From an uncultured Phycisphaerales bacterium (GTDB taxonomy: Bacteria; Planctomycetota; Phycisphaerae; Tepidisphaerales; Tepidisphaeraceae), in the NCBI GenBank assembly GCA_963792535.1, contig CAWBWQ010000001.1, positions 288,001 through 352,000 of the forward strand: a stretch of DNA of 64,000 nt, read 5' to 3'. A program made the translations under genes and the position numbers. The notes under the pieces are model-generated. The model saw only the letters and a list, made by a program, of their open reading frames with translations, was not told the origin of the DNA and made no database searches. Positions 1 through 9,563 of the stretch are shown piece by piece. Every line of letters starts with the position of its first letter. Within the stretch, counting starts at the first letter, position 1.

Positions 1-1
1 G

Positions 2-667
2 ATTCTCACCGCCAGTGGTGGGCCGTTTCGCACGGCGTCCAAAGAAACCATCGAGCGGGCGACCCTTGCCGATGCCCTGAACCACCCCACCTGGAAAATG
101 GGCGGAAAAATCACCATCGACTCGGCGACAATGTTTAATAAGGCCCTGGAGCTAATCGAAGCCTGCTGGTTATTCGATCTTGCGCCCGAGCAGATTGAAA
201 TTGTGGTGCATCCTGAATCGGTGGTGCATTCAATGGTTGAATTTATCGACGGGTCTGTGATTGCCCAGCTGTCTCCGCCCGATATGCGGACACCGATCCA
301 ATATGCGCTGACGTATCCGCAGCGCCGGGAGGGAAACAGCCGAAAACTCGATCTGACCCGGGCGTTCAGCCTGCGGTTTGAACCGCCGGATTTCGAGCGA
401 TTTCCCGCACTGCGCATGGCGTACGAGGTTGCCCGCAAAGGCGGCACCGCCGGGGTAGTGCTCAATGCCGCCAACGAGGCGGCGGTCGAGGCATTCACAT
501 CCCATAAGATCCGCTTTATTGAGATTTCCCGACTTGTCGAGCTTACACTTAAACAGCACGAGGTTCAGATGCATCCTTCGGTGGACGATCTGTTTGCAGC
601 GGACGCGTGGGCCAGGGCTTCGGTGGCGAGCGAAATTCGGCGAACAAAACTTGAAGCCGTCGAGTAA
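2..667 (+). CDS. dxr: 1-deoxy-D-xylulose 5-phosphate reductoisomerase (5' partial)
   Basis: Frame open from nt 2 (ILTASGGPFR..HPTWKMGGKITIDSATMFNKALELIEA); HPESVVHSMVEF and LNAANE motifs; conserved dxr-rseP synteny. Confidence 0.97.
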   Translation: MLTASGGPFRTASKETIERATLADALNHPTWKMGGKITIDSATMFNKALELIEACWLFDLAPEQIEIVVHPESVVHSMVEFIDGSVIAQLSPPDMRTPIQYALTYPQRREGNSRKLDLTRAFSLRFEPPDFERFPALRMAYEVARKGGTAGVVLNAANEAAVEAFTSHKIRFIEISRLVELTLKQHEVQMHPSVDDLFAADAWARASVASEIRRTKLEAVE

Positions 668-788
668 TTGACACATTCGAACAGCGAAAAATCGAAACAA
701 AAGTCCGGCGCAGGAATGTTGATGTTTAAGGCAAACTTGTCGCTTCGTATGGCACTTTGACCTTTGCGTATCTGAGGAAATCAATTAA

Positions 789-2912
789 ATGGCCAGTTCA
801 CTACTCGGTTATCTGTCTTCATTCCAGAGCATCCTGTTGCTGGCGTTTGGTTTTGGCTTTGTGATTTTCTGGCACGAGCTCGGCCACTTCCTGGCCGCCA
901 AGTGGGCGGACGTGAAGGTGGAGCAATTTGCCGTCGGATTCGGGCAGGCGATGCTCTCGTGGCGAAAGGGGCTTGGTTTCACCTGGGGCTCGAGCACCGA
1001 CGTTTATCAAAAACGTCTGGCTGCCCACATTGAATCGAAGCATCCGCAGGTGGACGCGAAAGAACTCACGCCCACCGAGGCAGATCTTTCCGGCGCAGCT
1101 GCGGAACTGGGTATCAGTGAAACAGAGTATCGCCTGAACTGGATCCCGCTTGGCGGGTATGTGAAAATGCTCGGTCAGGACGATCTCAAACCAGGGCAGA
1201 CCGTCTCGGATCCGAGGTCGTACAACAACAAATCCATTAGTCAGCGGATGGTGATCGTTTCGGCCGGCGTGATCATGAATGTGATCCTGGCGGCGTTCGG
1301 GTTCATCTATATTTTCTCGGTGGGATTTGAAGTCACGCAACCGATCGCGGGGCTGGTCGTGCCGGGGTCGCCGGCCCAGAAAACGTATAAACTCGTCGAC
1401 GGTAAACAAGTGCTTACGCCGCTGCATGTAGGCGACAAGATCGTTGCGTTGAATGGAAAGCCGCAGTCTGATTTCGACAAGATTAAACTGAACACGGCTT
1501 TGCTGATCGCGGGTGAAACGGTTCCGCTGGATGTGCAGCATCCATCGGGCCAGATCGAACGGCTCTACGTTACACCCGAAAAATCCGGCCAGGGAAACGA
1601 TTTTCCGCTGATCGGGATGGGGGAGTATCAGGCATTGAAAGGGCCACCGGCGGATGTGAAAGATATTCCGCTGTCGGGCAAGCAGAATGCCGAATTTTCC
1701 CTGATTGGACCGGGCGATGTAGTTACCGCGGTCAATGGAAAAACAGTGGGTTCGCAGGATTACTATCAACTCGATGCCGCCCTGCAGGAAGCCGCCGGCC
1801 AGCCGGTCCCGGTTACGGTTATCAACAGTAAAGGCGAGCCGCGCACCGTGCAGTTCAAACCGCATTTTGTCGATCGCTTCGGCGGCCAGGCCATCAGTTT
1901 TGCGGGCATGGAGATGCTGCCGCGCATCGATCTCATTCAGGCCAAGTCACCGCTGGTGAACGATCTCGAAGCCGGTGATGTGATTACCAATATTGCCGAC
2001 CCCAGCGCAAGTGGCGGGCAATTGCCTTTCCCCACCCGCGACGAAATCATCAAGGAATTTAACGACGCCGGAGAGCGCGGCACCGAACTGGTGATCTCAG
2101 CGCGCCGCGGGAACAAAGATGTGAGTGTCAAAGCCAGGCCGACCGTCAAACTGCAAAACGGCAAATTCGGGTTTGGGATTATGCCCGCATCCGATGAGCA
2201 GACTCCGATTGTCGCCCAGACGCTGGTGGAAGGCTCACCCGCCAAGGCCGCAAATGTGCAGGGTGGTTCGATGATCCTTGCGGTAAACGGATTGCCCGTT
2301 CACAACTGGTTCGATGTGAAGAACATCATGTCCGACCTCAAACCGGATCAGGCGATTGTTCTTTCCACCGCGCTGGACGGTGTTAAAAAGGATTACGCGC
2401 TCAGAGGTTTATCAGAGCCCGAGATCGATGAGGTACGCAGCAACTCGCTGCAGAGTTACTCCGCCGGCGCGTTGATGCCCGATGAATATTCGCGCCGTGC
2501 TCCCAATCTATGGGTCGCCAGCCAGTGGGGCGTCGGCGAAACGCGCGACGCCATCCTGCAGGTCTATCAGACGGTTCGGTCGATGACCAAGGGATCGATT
2601 TCGGTAAAGGAAGTAAGCGGGCCTGTCGGCATCCTCACCGCGGGTTACCTCGTCGCCGAGCGCGGGTTTACCCGCTTGATCTGGTTCCTCTCGATCATCA
2701 GCGCAAATCTTGCGGTGATGAACTTCCTGCCGATCCCCATCGTGGACGGCGGGTTATTCACCTTCTTGATTATTGAAAAAATCAAGGGAAGTCCTATCAG
2801 CCAGCGAACCCAGGCCATCGCGCAGGTGGTGGGCCTTGCCCTGCTGCTGAGCGTATTCCTGTTCGCGACGTATCAGGACGTCTTCACGCGGTTGCCCATT
2901 TTGTTCAGATAG
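789..2912 (+). CDS. rseP: RIP/site-2 membrane zinc metalloprotease with several PDZ domains
   Basis: HELGH, IPLGGYVKM and NFLPIPIVDGG motifs; PDZ-like GDKIVALNG repeats. Confidence 0.93.
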   Translation: MASSLLGYLSSFQSILLLAFGFGFVIFWHELGHFLAAKWADVKVEQFAVGFGQAMLSWRKGLGFTWGSSTDVYQKRLAAHIESKHPQVDAKELTPTEADLSGAAAELGISETEYRLNWIPLGGYVKMLGQDDLKPGQTVSDPRSYNNKSISQRMVIVSAGVIMNVILAAFGFIYIFSVGFEVTQPIAGLVVPGSPAQKTYKLVDGKQVLTPLHVGDKIVALNGKPQSDFDKIKLNTALLIAGETVPLDVQHPSGQIERLYVTPEKSGQGNDFPLIGMGEYQALKGPPADVKDIPLSGKQNAEFSLIGPGDVVTAVNGKTVGSQDYYQLDAALQEAAGQPVPVTVINSKGEPRTVQFKPHFVDRFGGQAISFAGMEMLPRIDLIQAKSPLVNDLEAGDVITNIADPSASGGQLPFPTRDEIIKEFNDAGERGTELVISARRGNKDVSVKARPTVKLQNGKFGFGIMPASDEQTPIVAQTLVEGSPAKAANVQGGSMILAVNGLPVHNWFDVKNIMSDLKPDQAIVLSTALDGVKKDYALRGLSEPEIDEVRSNSLQSYSAGALMPDEYSRRAPNLWVASQWGVGETRDAILQVYQTVRSMTKGSISVKEVSGPVGILTAGYLVAERGFTRLIWFLSIISANLAVMNFLPIPIVDGGLFTFLIIEKIKGSPISQRTQAIAQVVGLALLLSVFLFATYQDVFTRLPILFR

Positions 2913-2983
2913 GATCGGGCATCAATTTCACCGGTGGCCAGGTGTGGCGTCGCCGATTTAGTGCCGCCGTTCGCGGCAGCAGG

Positions 2984-3976
2984 TTAAACGCCAAGGCGCT
3001 TTACAAGAATTGCCCGCTGCCGGTCGGTCCACCGGCGAATCCTGCTGGAATCCCTGTCGTCGTACCCAAGCCGCCGGTGGATGGTCGCGCGTAGTTGATC
3101 TACCCCGATGCCCTGGACGGCTACGGTTTCTAATGCGTTATACGGCGCTGCCTCCCAGGCGTGCATGCTGTCGGATTTGTTCGCGACCCTGACGGCATCT
3201 GGATAATTCGCGAGCGACGCTGCGTCCAGCGGTAGCGATTGATCGAGCACCACAATCACCAGGTCCGCCGATCGAATCTTCCCAATGCTGGCGGCGATGG
3301 CGGCACTCTCAATTGCATCGTCGGTCACACGCTGTCCCGGCGTGTCCACCAGCAGGACCGCGAGCCCGTCGATGTTGGCAATTTCACCCACCCAGTCGCG
3401 CGTGGTGCCAGGCAAATCAGCGGTGATGGAACGGGCCTGCCCAAACAGATGATTAGCCAGCGTGGATTTCCCCACATTAGGCGGGCCGACGATTGCGACA
3501 GTGGGGGTGGTCGTTAGCCATTGACCTGTTCGATCATCCAGAATTTTCTGCACCAGGTCAGGCTCGGTGGGCAATTGTTCCCAGGCATCTGGTTGAGCTA
3601 AAAGCAGGCGTACCGCCTGCACGGTTTTAGCCTGCGGCAGGGCGGTGAGAACCTCCCGCCAAATCTCGGTTTTCCCATCAGACGGCGATGTGCCTGAAAC
3701 TTCGAATCCATCACGCTGGGCCAGTTCCATAACCGAGCGTATCACCCAGTTTCCCCCATGCAGATTCAGGTCGACACCCTCGGCAAACCGAACCGCCACG
3801 ATATCGTCGATGATCTTTTCCCCGTCGCGCAGCAGTCCATACACGCATCGAGTGGATTTGACGGATTTGGAAAATCGCCGGTTGAGGAAAGCGTCCACGC
3901 CCGGGCCGCTGAGGCGCACGACTGCAATGGCGGAAGTTCCCGGAGCGGTGAGAAGGGTGATACTATTCTGCGACAT
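2984..3976 (-). CDS. MnmE/TrmE-like GTPase, shortened (330 aa)
   Basis: N-terminal TAPGTSAIAVVRLSG, LHG, G1 GPPNVGKS, G2 PGTTRD, G3 DTPG, G4 NKSD; no C-terminal FCxGK. Confidence 0.8.
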   Translation of the reverse strand: MSQNSITLLTAPGTSAIAVVRLSGPGVDAFLNRRFSKSVKSTRCVYGLLRDGEKIIDDIVAVRFAEGVDLNLHGGNWVIRSVMELAQRDGFEVSGTSPSDGKTEIWREVLTALPQAKTVQAVRLLLAQPDAWEQLPTEPDLVQKILDDRTGQWLTTTPTVAIVGPPNVGKSTLANHLFGQARSITADLPGTTRDWVGEIANIDGLAVLLVDTPGQRVTDDAIESAAIAASIGKIRSADLVIVVLDQSLPLDAASLANYPDAVRVANKSDSMHAWEAAPYNALETVAVQGIGVDQLRATIHRRLGYDDRDSSRIRRWTDRQRAILVKRLGV

Positions 3977-4446
3977 CAGCCCGAGGTGGAAATGCTGGCT
4001 TCCATTCGCAAATCAGGGCCGGGCACATTGATATTGGCGATAGCCCTGCCTGCTTTTTCCTTGCTCACCTGGTCCAGCACCATGGCCCAGGTTTCGCGTT
4101 GAAAGCGGAGCAATTGAATCGCTTCGTCCAGCGATTCGATCGTGTGATCCACACTGCCTTTAATCAGCAGTTTGTACACGTAGCGGTAAACCGCCGCCAG
4201 TTTGCTGCAAAGCTCGGGATATACCGAAGGTTTTAACGCGCCCATCAACTCAGTGATGATTTTCTGGGCCTTGGTGATATTGATATAAACTTGCTCGTAG
4301 TTTTTTTTCTGCAGGCCGGCCTTGCCCATTTCGGTGAACCGGATCGCCCCGTCGTACAGCATGATCTGAAGCTGCTCGGGAGTCGCGGTCATCACCCGCG
4401 TCTTGAGATACTGCTGCGCCGCATGAGGATTTTTCTGTGCGATCAT
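3976..4446 (-). CDS. fliS: flagellar export chaperone FliS
   Basis: YLKTRVMTATPEQLQIMLYDGAIRF..KAQKIITELM..LAAVYRY..RETW; directly downstream of fliD. Confidence 0.95.
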   Translation of the reverse strand: MIAQKNPHAAQQYLKTRVMTATPEQLQIMLYDGAIRFTEMGKAGLQKKNYEQVYINITKAQKIITELMGALKPSVYPELCSKLAAVYRYVYKLLIKGSVDHTIESLDEAIQLLRFQRETWAMVLDQVSKEKAGRAIANINVPGPDLRMEASISTSG

Positions 4447-4511
4447 TCTCTTGACGCCTGTTCAACGGCCACGGTTCTGGTCGATTCCCGTAAGGCAATC
4501 GACCCCATAGT

Positions 4512-4541
4512 TTATCGGCTTGAAACCTATGGGCCGTTAAG
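4512..4541 (-). promoter_or_regulatory. sigma28 (FliA)-type promoter for fliS
   Basis: Minus strand CTTAAC-N16-GCCGATAA; perfect sigma28 -10 box. Confidence 0.7.
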
Positions 4542-4545
4542 TGAC

Positions 4546-7305
4546 TTAATGAGAGCTGCCGCTGGACGATGAACTGCCTGTCGTCGTGATCGGGGCAATT
4601 GAACCGATGGACGTTTGCTGCGATTTCAGCGTCGCAAGCACGTTTTCCATATTATTGAACTCGGTCTGAAGCTGCGTTTTTTTCTGTGCGAGCAACGTAT
4701 TGAGTTGCGTGATTTGATCGGTAAATCCCTGCGATTCCGCCGCCAGCGTCTTTTCCGCCGCCGTGACCGTTCCGGAGATCGGATCGATCAACTGGTTCAG
4801 GGCATTACTGATTACATACGCCAACCCGGTATTAGTTGTAGTACTGGAACCATTGGCGTTGGTGGTTGTGGTGCTGGCGTTGAACAGGGTTTCGACGGCT
4901 GTGGGATCTTTCGCGATGGCCTGGTTAAACGTGTCCTGGTTGAACGACAGCTGCCCCCCGTTGCCGACCGTAACTCCCAACTGCGACAGGGTCTTAAAAG
5001 TTCCGGTGCCCAGCACGGTATTCAAGCTGCCGTATAAGGCGGAAGTGATACTGCTTGCAACAGGGTTGCCCAGAAACAGCCCCGCGACATTGCTGCTGGT
5101 GTTAAACGTGCTTTCGCCATTAATGGCGGTGGTCAACGAGTTAAAGGTCGACACAAAAGTGCCCAGCGCTGTTGAAATTGCTGATGTATCCTGGCTGACG
5201 TTCAACTGCACCGGGCCCTTGCTCACACCGAGCAGATTCAGCGTGACGCCGTGGATCACGTTAGTGACCTGATTGCTGCTTGAGGTGATCAGCAGCGGTT
5301 GTTTTGAATTAGAGCTTCCGACGAAAACTGCCGCATCCTGTGCCGCCACGAGCGTCTGCGTTCCCAGCTTGGTCGCGCCGGCATCGAAGACAACACCACC
5401 GGCGGTGCCCGCGTTGGTCGCAGTAAGCGAAAGCCGATAAGGCGCTACTGTCGATCCGTCGTTGATGATCGTGGCCTTCACGCCGAAATTAAGGCTGTTA
5501 ATTTCCGTCGCGAGCGTTGAAAGCGTATCGTTTGCGGTGACGTGAATCGTTTTTTCGTATGCCCCGTCGATGGTTGTGGCGGTGGCAGTGCCGGCGAGGT
5601 TCAGATCCGTAGCCGCCGTGCCGTCGATATCGTTTACCTTCAATTTGCCGGGTCCGCCGGCTGTGTCGGTTAACAACACACCGTTGCCAGCCGCGTTGAT
5701 CGATGCCGTAACACCCAGCGTATGCTGCGAATTGATCTGGTAGAGCAGATCTCCCACGGTGTTCACATTTGTACCGGACAGGTCGATCGTTGCCGTTGCG
5801 CCGTTGGACCCTGTGACGGTGAACTTACTTTTGCCGATACCTTTGCCGCCATTCAAACTCGACAGCAGGGTGCTGTTGGTAACCCATTGTTTTTGCAGGT
5901 CCGCGCCATTCACAGCCGGGGCCGTGCTGCTGAAGGTTCCGTTGATTCCAAGCGCCTCGGCGCTGGTTCCGCCATTGGCGTCGGCGATAACCAGGTTTCC
6001 CGTGCCGCCGCTGGCGTCGGTGATTTGAATTCCATTGCCCGATGCATTCAGGCTGGCGTTCAACCTCACACCGGTTGCGTTATTTATCGTGTCCAGGACA
6101 TCCTGCACGCTGGATGCACCTGAGAAATTCAGCGTCTGTCTTGCGCCGGTTCGGTCGGTGAACGCGATATCCCCCAGTGCCAGCCCGCTTCCACCCTTAA
6201 GCGATGAAAGCAGCGTCGAATCAAGCGCCGCCACCACCGATTTACCGGTGATTGTTGCGCCGGTTGCGGGGGTATTCAGGCCCAGATCTTCAGCAGCTTT
6301 GGACCCATTGAGGTCGGAGACAGAAAAAGCGCCCCCTCCGCCGCTGTTGTCGGTCAACTGAATACCGGTTGTGCCGATGCTGGCGGTTACTTTCGTTCCC
6401 GCTGCCGAGTTGATCGCGTCGATCAGATCGCCGACAGTCTTCGCCGTAGCGAGGTTCACCGAGACGGAAGACCCATCTTTAAGATTCAATTTCAGATCGC
6501 CGTTGCCGGTGCCGAGGGTCACACCGCGACCATCATTCAGTTGCGCCAACTGCGTTGTGACGGCGAGATGATTGATATTTGAACCGGTGACGGTGTTGCT
6601 GGCTGCATTTGAACTGATACCAAGATCGGCTGCGCTGGTTCCAACGCCAAGATCCTGCACGATCAGATTGCTGGAGGTCGATCCCGACGTGTCGGTGAGA
6701 AGCAGATGGTCGTTTTTGATCGATGCCCGGACCGAGATATTGGTGGCGGTGTTGATATCGTTAACGACATCGTCAAGTGTGACAGCCGAATTGGTATCGA
6801 TCACCGCCGAGGCGCCAGAGCGATCGGTAATGCGGAATTGCCCGCGGCCAACCCCGCTGCCGCCATTAAGTTCTGACAGCGGCGTCTGAGTGGCGAGGCC
6901 ACCACCGCCTTGTTCGATGGTGATCGTTCCCGCTCCGACATTCGCCTGGGTTGCATCGGTGAACCCGGTGCTGATGAGTTGCTGGGTGGTGACCAGCTGG
7001 GCGACCTGCAGGCTGTAATTTCCCACAGCTGCGCCGTTGGCCGCCGTTGCGGTCAGCGTCGTTGGATCGCTGCTGGTAGTTGTCGCCGCCTGAAAGGTCG
7101 ACGCCTGTTCCAGCGATTGCGTGGTGGTCTGCAGCGTGGAAAGCTGCGACGCCAACGCCTGGTAGGCTGAATCCAGCGTCGTGTTCTTGTTAATGCGACC
7201 CTGCAGTTGCGAAACCGGGATCGCCGACACGTTCAGCAACGCCGTAATGATCGACCCGGTATTAATACCGCTGATCAGCCCGATGCTGGAAGTGATGGTT
7301 GACAT
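4546..7305 (-). CDS. fliD: flagellar filament cap protein FliD (long form)
   Basis: N-terminal GLISGINTGSIITALL, C-terminal LQTEFNNMENVLATLKSQQ; internal repeated LSxLNGGxG/DVLDTIN modules. Confidence 0.93.
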   Translation of the reverse strand: MSTITSSIGLISGINTGSIITALLNVSAIPVSQLQGRINKNTTLDSAYQALASQLSTLQTTTQSLEQASTFQAATTTSSDPTTLTATAANGAAVGNYSLQVAQLVTTQQLISTGFTDATQANVGAGTITIEQGGGGLATQTPLSELNGGSGVGRGQFRITDRSGASAVIDTNSAVTLDDVVNDINTATNISVRASIKNDHLLLTDTSGSTSSNLIVQDLGVGTSAADLGISSNAASNTVTGSNINHLAVTTQLAQLNDGRGVTLGTGNGDLKLNLKDGSSVSVNLATAKTVGDLIDAINSAAGTKVTASIGTTGIQLTDNSGGGGAFSVSDLNGSKAAEDLGLNTPATGATITGKSVVAALDSTLLSSLKGGSGLALGDIAFTDRTGARQTLNFSGASSVQDVLDTINNATGVRLNASLNASGNGIQITDASGGTGNLVIADANGGTSAEALGINGTFSSTAPAVNGADLQKQWVTNSTLLSSLNGGKGIGKSKFTVTGSNGATATIDLSGTNVNTVGDLLYQINSQHTLGVTASINAAGNGVLLTDTAGGPGKLKVNDIDGTAATDLNLAGTATATTIDGAYEKTIHVTANDTLSTLATEINSLNFGVKATIINDGSTVAPYRLSLTATNAGTAGGVVFDAGATKLGTQTLVAAQDAAVFVGSSNSKQPLLITSSSNQVTNVIHGVTLNLLGVSKGPVQLNVSQDTSAISTALGTFVSTFNSLTTAINGESTFNTSSNVAGLFLGNPVASSITSALYGSLNTVLGTGTFKTLSQLGVTVGNGGQLSFNQDTFNQAIAKDPTAVETLFNASTTTTNANGSSTTTNTGLAYVISNALNQLIDPISGTVTAAEKTLAAESQGFTDQITQLNTLLAQKKTQLQTEFNNMENVLATLKSQQTSIGSIAPITTTGSSSSSGSSH

Positions 7306-7323
7306 GATAAACGGCTCTTGTTT

Positions 7324-7521
7324 TTAATCGTCCAATATCTGTCTGAACTTTGAGAATACGGGCAACTCGGACTCGGAATTGGCGGACAAAACATCTTTAC
7401 GAAGGCGGTCGCCTTCAAGGGTTTCGGTCATCAAGGCGTCTACCGCCCATAGAATGAGGAAGTCGACGCACGCTTCCTTCACCAAACGCAATCGCTGAGC
7501 TGCAAAAACTAATTCTGTCAT
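7324..7521 (-). CDS. small hypothetical protein (65 aa), first gene of the fliD unit
   Basis: AGGAGG RBS (plus-strand cctcct 7531-7536); lies between a sigma28-like promoter and fliD. Confidence 0.6.
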   Translation of the reverse strand: MTELVFAAQRLRLVKEACVDFLILWAVDALMTETLEGDRLRKDVLSANSESELPVFSKFRQILDD

Positions 7522-7551
7522 CTGTGTGTTCCTCCTGAACGTTACAAACTG

Positions 7552-7581
7552 TTATCGGAACTGCGGCGGGGAGCGGTTGAG
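7552..7581 (-). promoter_or_regulatory. sigma28 (FliA)-type promoter for the small ORF and fliD
   Basis: Minus strand CTCAAC-N16-TCCGATAA; same spacing as the fliS promoter. Confidence 0.65.
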
Positions 7582-7784
7582 CAAATTTGTCGTAGCTGAT
7601 CCCTCTGGGATAGCGGAATCCAAAATTGGGTTGCGATCCCCAAAACGCCCGGTAAAGTGACGTCAGGTCATGACGCCGGGCTCGCGAGGGACGTGGATCC
7701 GTTTAACTGGGCCGGCGTCCCTTCCCCAGTTTGATCGAAGAAAATGCTGCACGGGTTCACCGCCCGTGCCACGAGGTTTCAAGG

Positions 7785-9242
7785 ATGAAACGATTTGTTC
7801 CCCCGATTCTGCTTTGCATCCTGTGTCTCTATTCCATCGCACCCGCACGTGCCGATCTCAATAACGACGTGAATTTTATTCTGCACGACAAAGGGCTGGC
7901 GCGGGTGGAAATGGGAATTGAGGTTGTCCAGCTGGGCACTTCCATCTCGACCAGCCGGATTCTTTACCGCCATAACAGTGATATTCCACTTACGCCCGCC
8001 AGCAACATGAAGGTGGTCACCACCTCCGCCGCACTGGATCGCCTGGGGGCTGATTTTCGTTTCCGCACGCAGCTGGTTTATCACAACGGGGACCTCATTC
8101 TCATCGGTGACGGTGACCCGAGTTTCGGCGATGCCGAACTGCTGACCCGCGTCGGCTGGGATGTGACGACCGTCTTTAAAAACTGGGCCCGCCAGGTCAA
8201 ACAACTGCAACTCGGGCCGGTTAAAGCCGTCGTCGTTGACGACAGCATTTTTGACGAGGAATTTTTCCATACTAACTGGCCGGTTGACCAGCGGCTCAAT
8301 CGCTACGAGGCCGAAATCTCCGGCATGAACCTCAACATGAATTGCCTGGATGTTTTCATCCGCCCGACCCGCGGGGGCAGTCCGGTAAGTTGCCTCCTGA
8401 ATCCGCCGACACATTTTGCTGAGATTGAAAACCAGTGCTTAACCGGCGAAGGCAAACCGTTCATGACCCGCGTGGTGGACGGTAACATGGTGGTGCTGCA
8501 CGGCCGAAGCATGATCGCCAATGAGGTGCCTGTGTCGATCACGATTCACGACGGCGCGATGTATGCCGCGACGGTGTTAAACGAAACGCTTGGATCAGAA
8601 GGCGTCGCTACCCAGCAGGCTCCGCGGCGCGATCGCACGGCGCGGCAGGCGATGGATCGCGCGATTGCGGCTGGTGATAAATCCTGGCAGATTCTCGCCG
8701 TTCATGAAACACCTTTGGCGCAAGTCATCAATCGAGCGAACAAAGACAGCATGAACCTTTATGGTGAGTGCCTCTGCAAGCGCTTGGGCGCTGACGCCAC
8801 CGGTCAGCCCGGCAGCTGGGAAAACGGGACAGCCGCTGTCTCGGCGTTTTTAGAGCACATTGGTGTTTCTAAGACACAGTTTCATCTGGATGACGGCTGC
8901 GGATTATCCAAGGAAAACGTGATCAGCGCCTCGGCTATCGCGCAGGTGCTGGTTCACAACTATTTCAGCCCTAACGCAAAAACGTTTATGGACAGCCTTT
9001 CCGTCGCCGGTCAGGACGGCACTTTAAACGATCGCTTTACCGGCAGTTCGCTGCGCGGTCGCGTGTTTGCAAAGACCGGAACGGTCAACGGGGTCAGCTG
9101 CCTCAGCGGGTATCTTAATGCCCGTGATGGTCACTGCTATGCGTTTTCAATACTGATGAATAAGAGCTACGCGGGGGCTGGCAAACCCACGCAGGAACAT
9201 ATTGTAACGGCCATCGACCAGGGCACCCTGGCCGCGCGATGA
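7785..9242 (+). CDS. dacB: D-alanyl-D-alanine carboxypeptidase/endopeptidase PBP4 (peptidase S13)
   Basis: Signal peptide; PASNMK (SxxK), SMN (SxN), DGCGLS and AKTGT motifs. Confidence 0.93.
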   Translation: MKRFVPPILLCILCLYSIAPARADLNNDVNFILHDKGLARVEMGIEVVQLGTSISTSRILYRHNSDIPLTPASNMKVVTTSAALDRLGADFRFRTQLVYHNGDLILIGDGDPSFGDAELLTRVGWDVTTVFKNWARQVKQLQLGPVKAVVVDDSIFDEEFFHTNWPVDQRLNRYEAEISGMNLNMNCLDVFIRPTRGGSPVSCLLNPPTHFAEIENQCLTGEGKPFMTRVVDGNMVVLHGRSMIANEVPVSITIHDGAMYAATVLNETLGSEGVATQQAPRRDRTARQAMDRAIAAGDKSWQILAVHETPLAQVINRANKDSMNLYGECLCKRLGADATGQPGSWENGTAAVSAFLEHIGVSKTQFHLDDGCGLSKENVISASAIAQVLVHNYFSPNAKTFMDSLSVAGQDGTLNDRFTGSSLRGRVFAKTGTVNGVSCLSGYLNARDGHCYAFSILMNKSYAGAGKPTQEHIVTAIDQGTLAAR

Positions 9243-9270
9243 GGATGCGGCGGGGACAAAGAATCGATCG

Positions 9271-9477
9271 TCAATCCTCCACACTTCCGGCGGCATCCAC
9301 CTGTTCCTGTTCCCAGCGGATCAGGTCTTCGATCGGTATCTCCAACTGATCGGCGATATCTTCCGTTGTATAATCGACATCGGCTTCGTCCGATCCGCTG
9401 ACGACATATCGCCCGATGGTGGGATCGAATTGATATCCCGCTTCTTGAATCAGGCTCTCCAGTTCGACATTTCCCAT
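9271..9477 (-). CDS. small acidic hypothetical protein
   Basis: MGNVELESLIQEAGYQFD..EDIADQLEIPIEDLIRWE; GGAG RBS; helix-turn-helix-like tail. Confidence 0.55.
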   Translation of the reverse strand: MGNVELESLIQEAGYQFDPTIGRYVVSGSDEADVDYTTEDIADQLEIPIEDLIRWEQEQVDAAGSVED

Positions 9478-9563
9478 AAACTCTCCAGCGTCAGTGATGT
9501 GATCTTCGTCATTTTCAGCGGCAGTCCGCCGGGCTGGCGCAGGTGAATCATACCACGCACAAC

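Noticed and set aside
750..768. sigma54 promoter before rseP (tggcac...tttgc)
   Set aside because: Spacing is not GG-N10-GC
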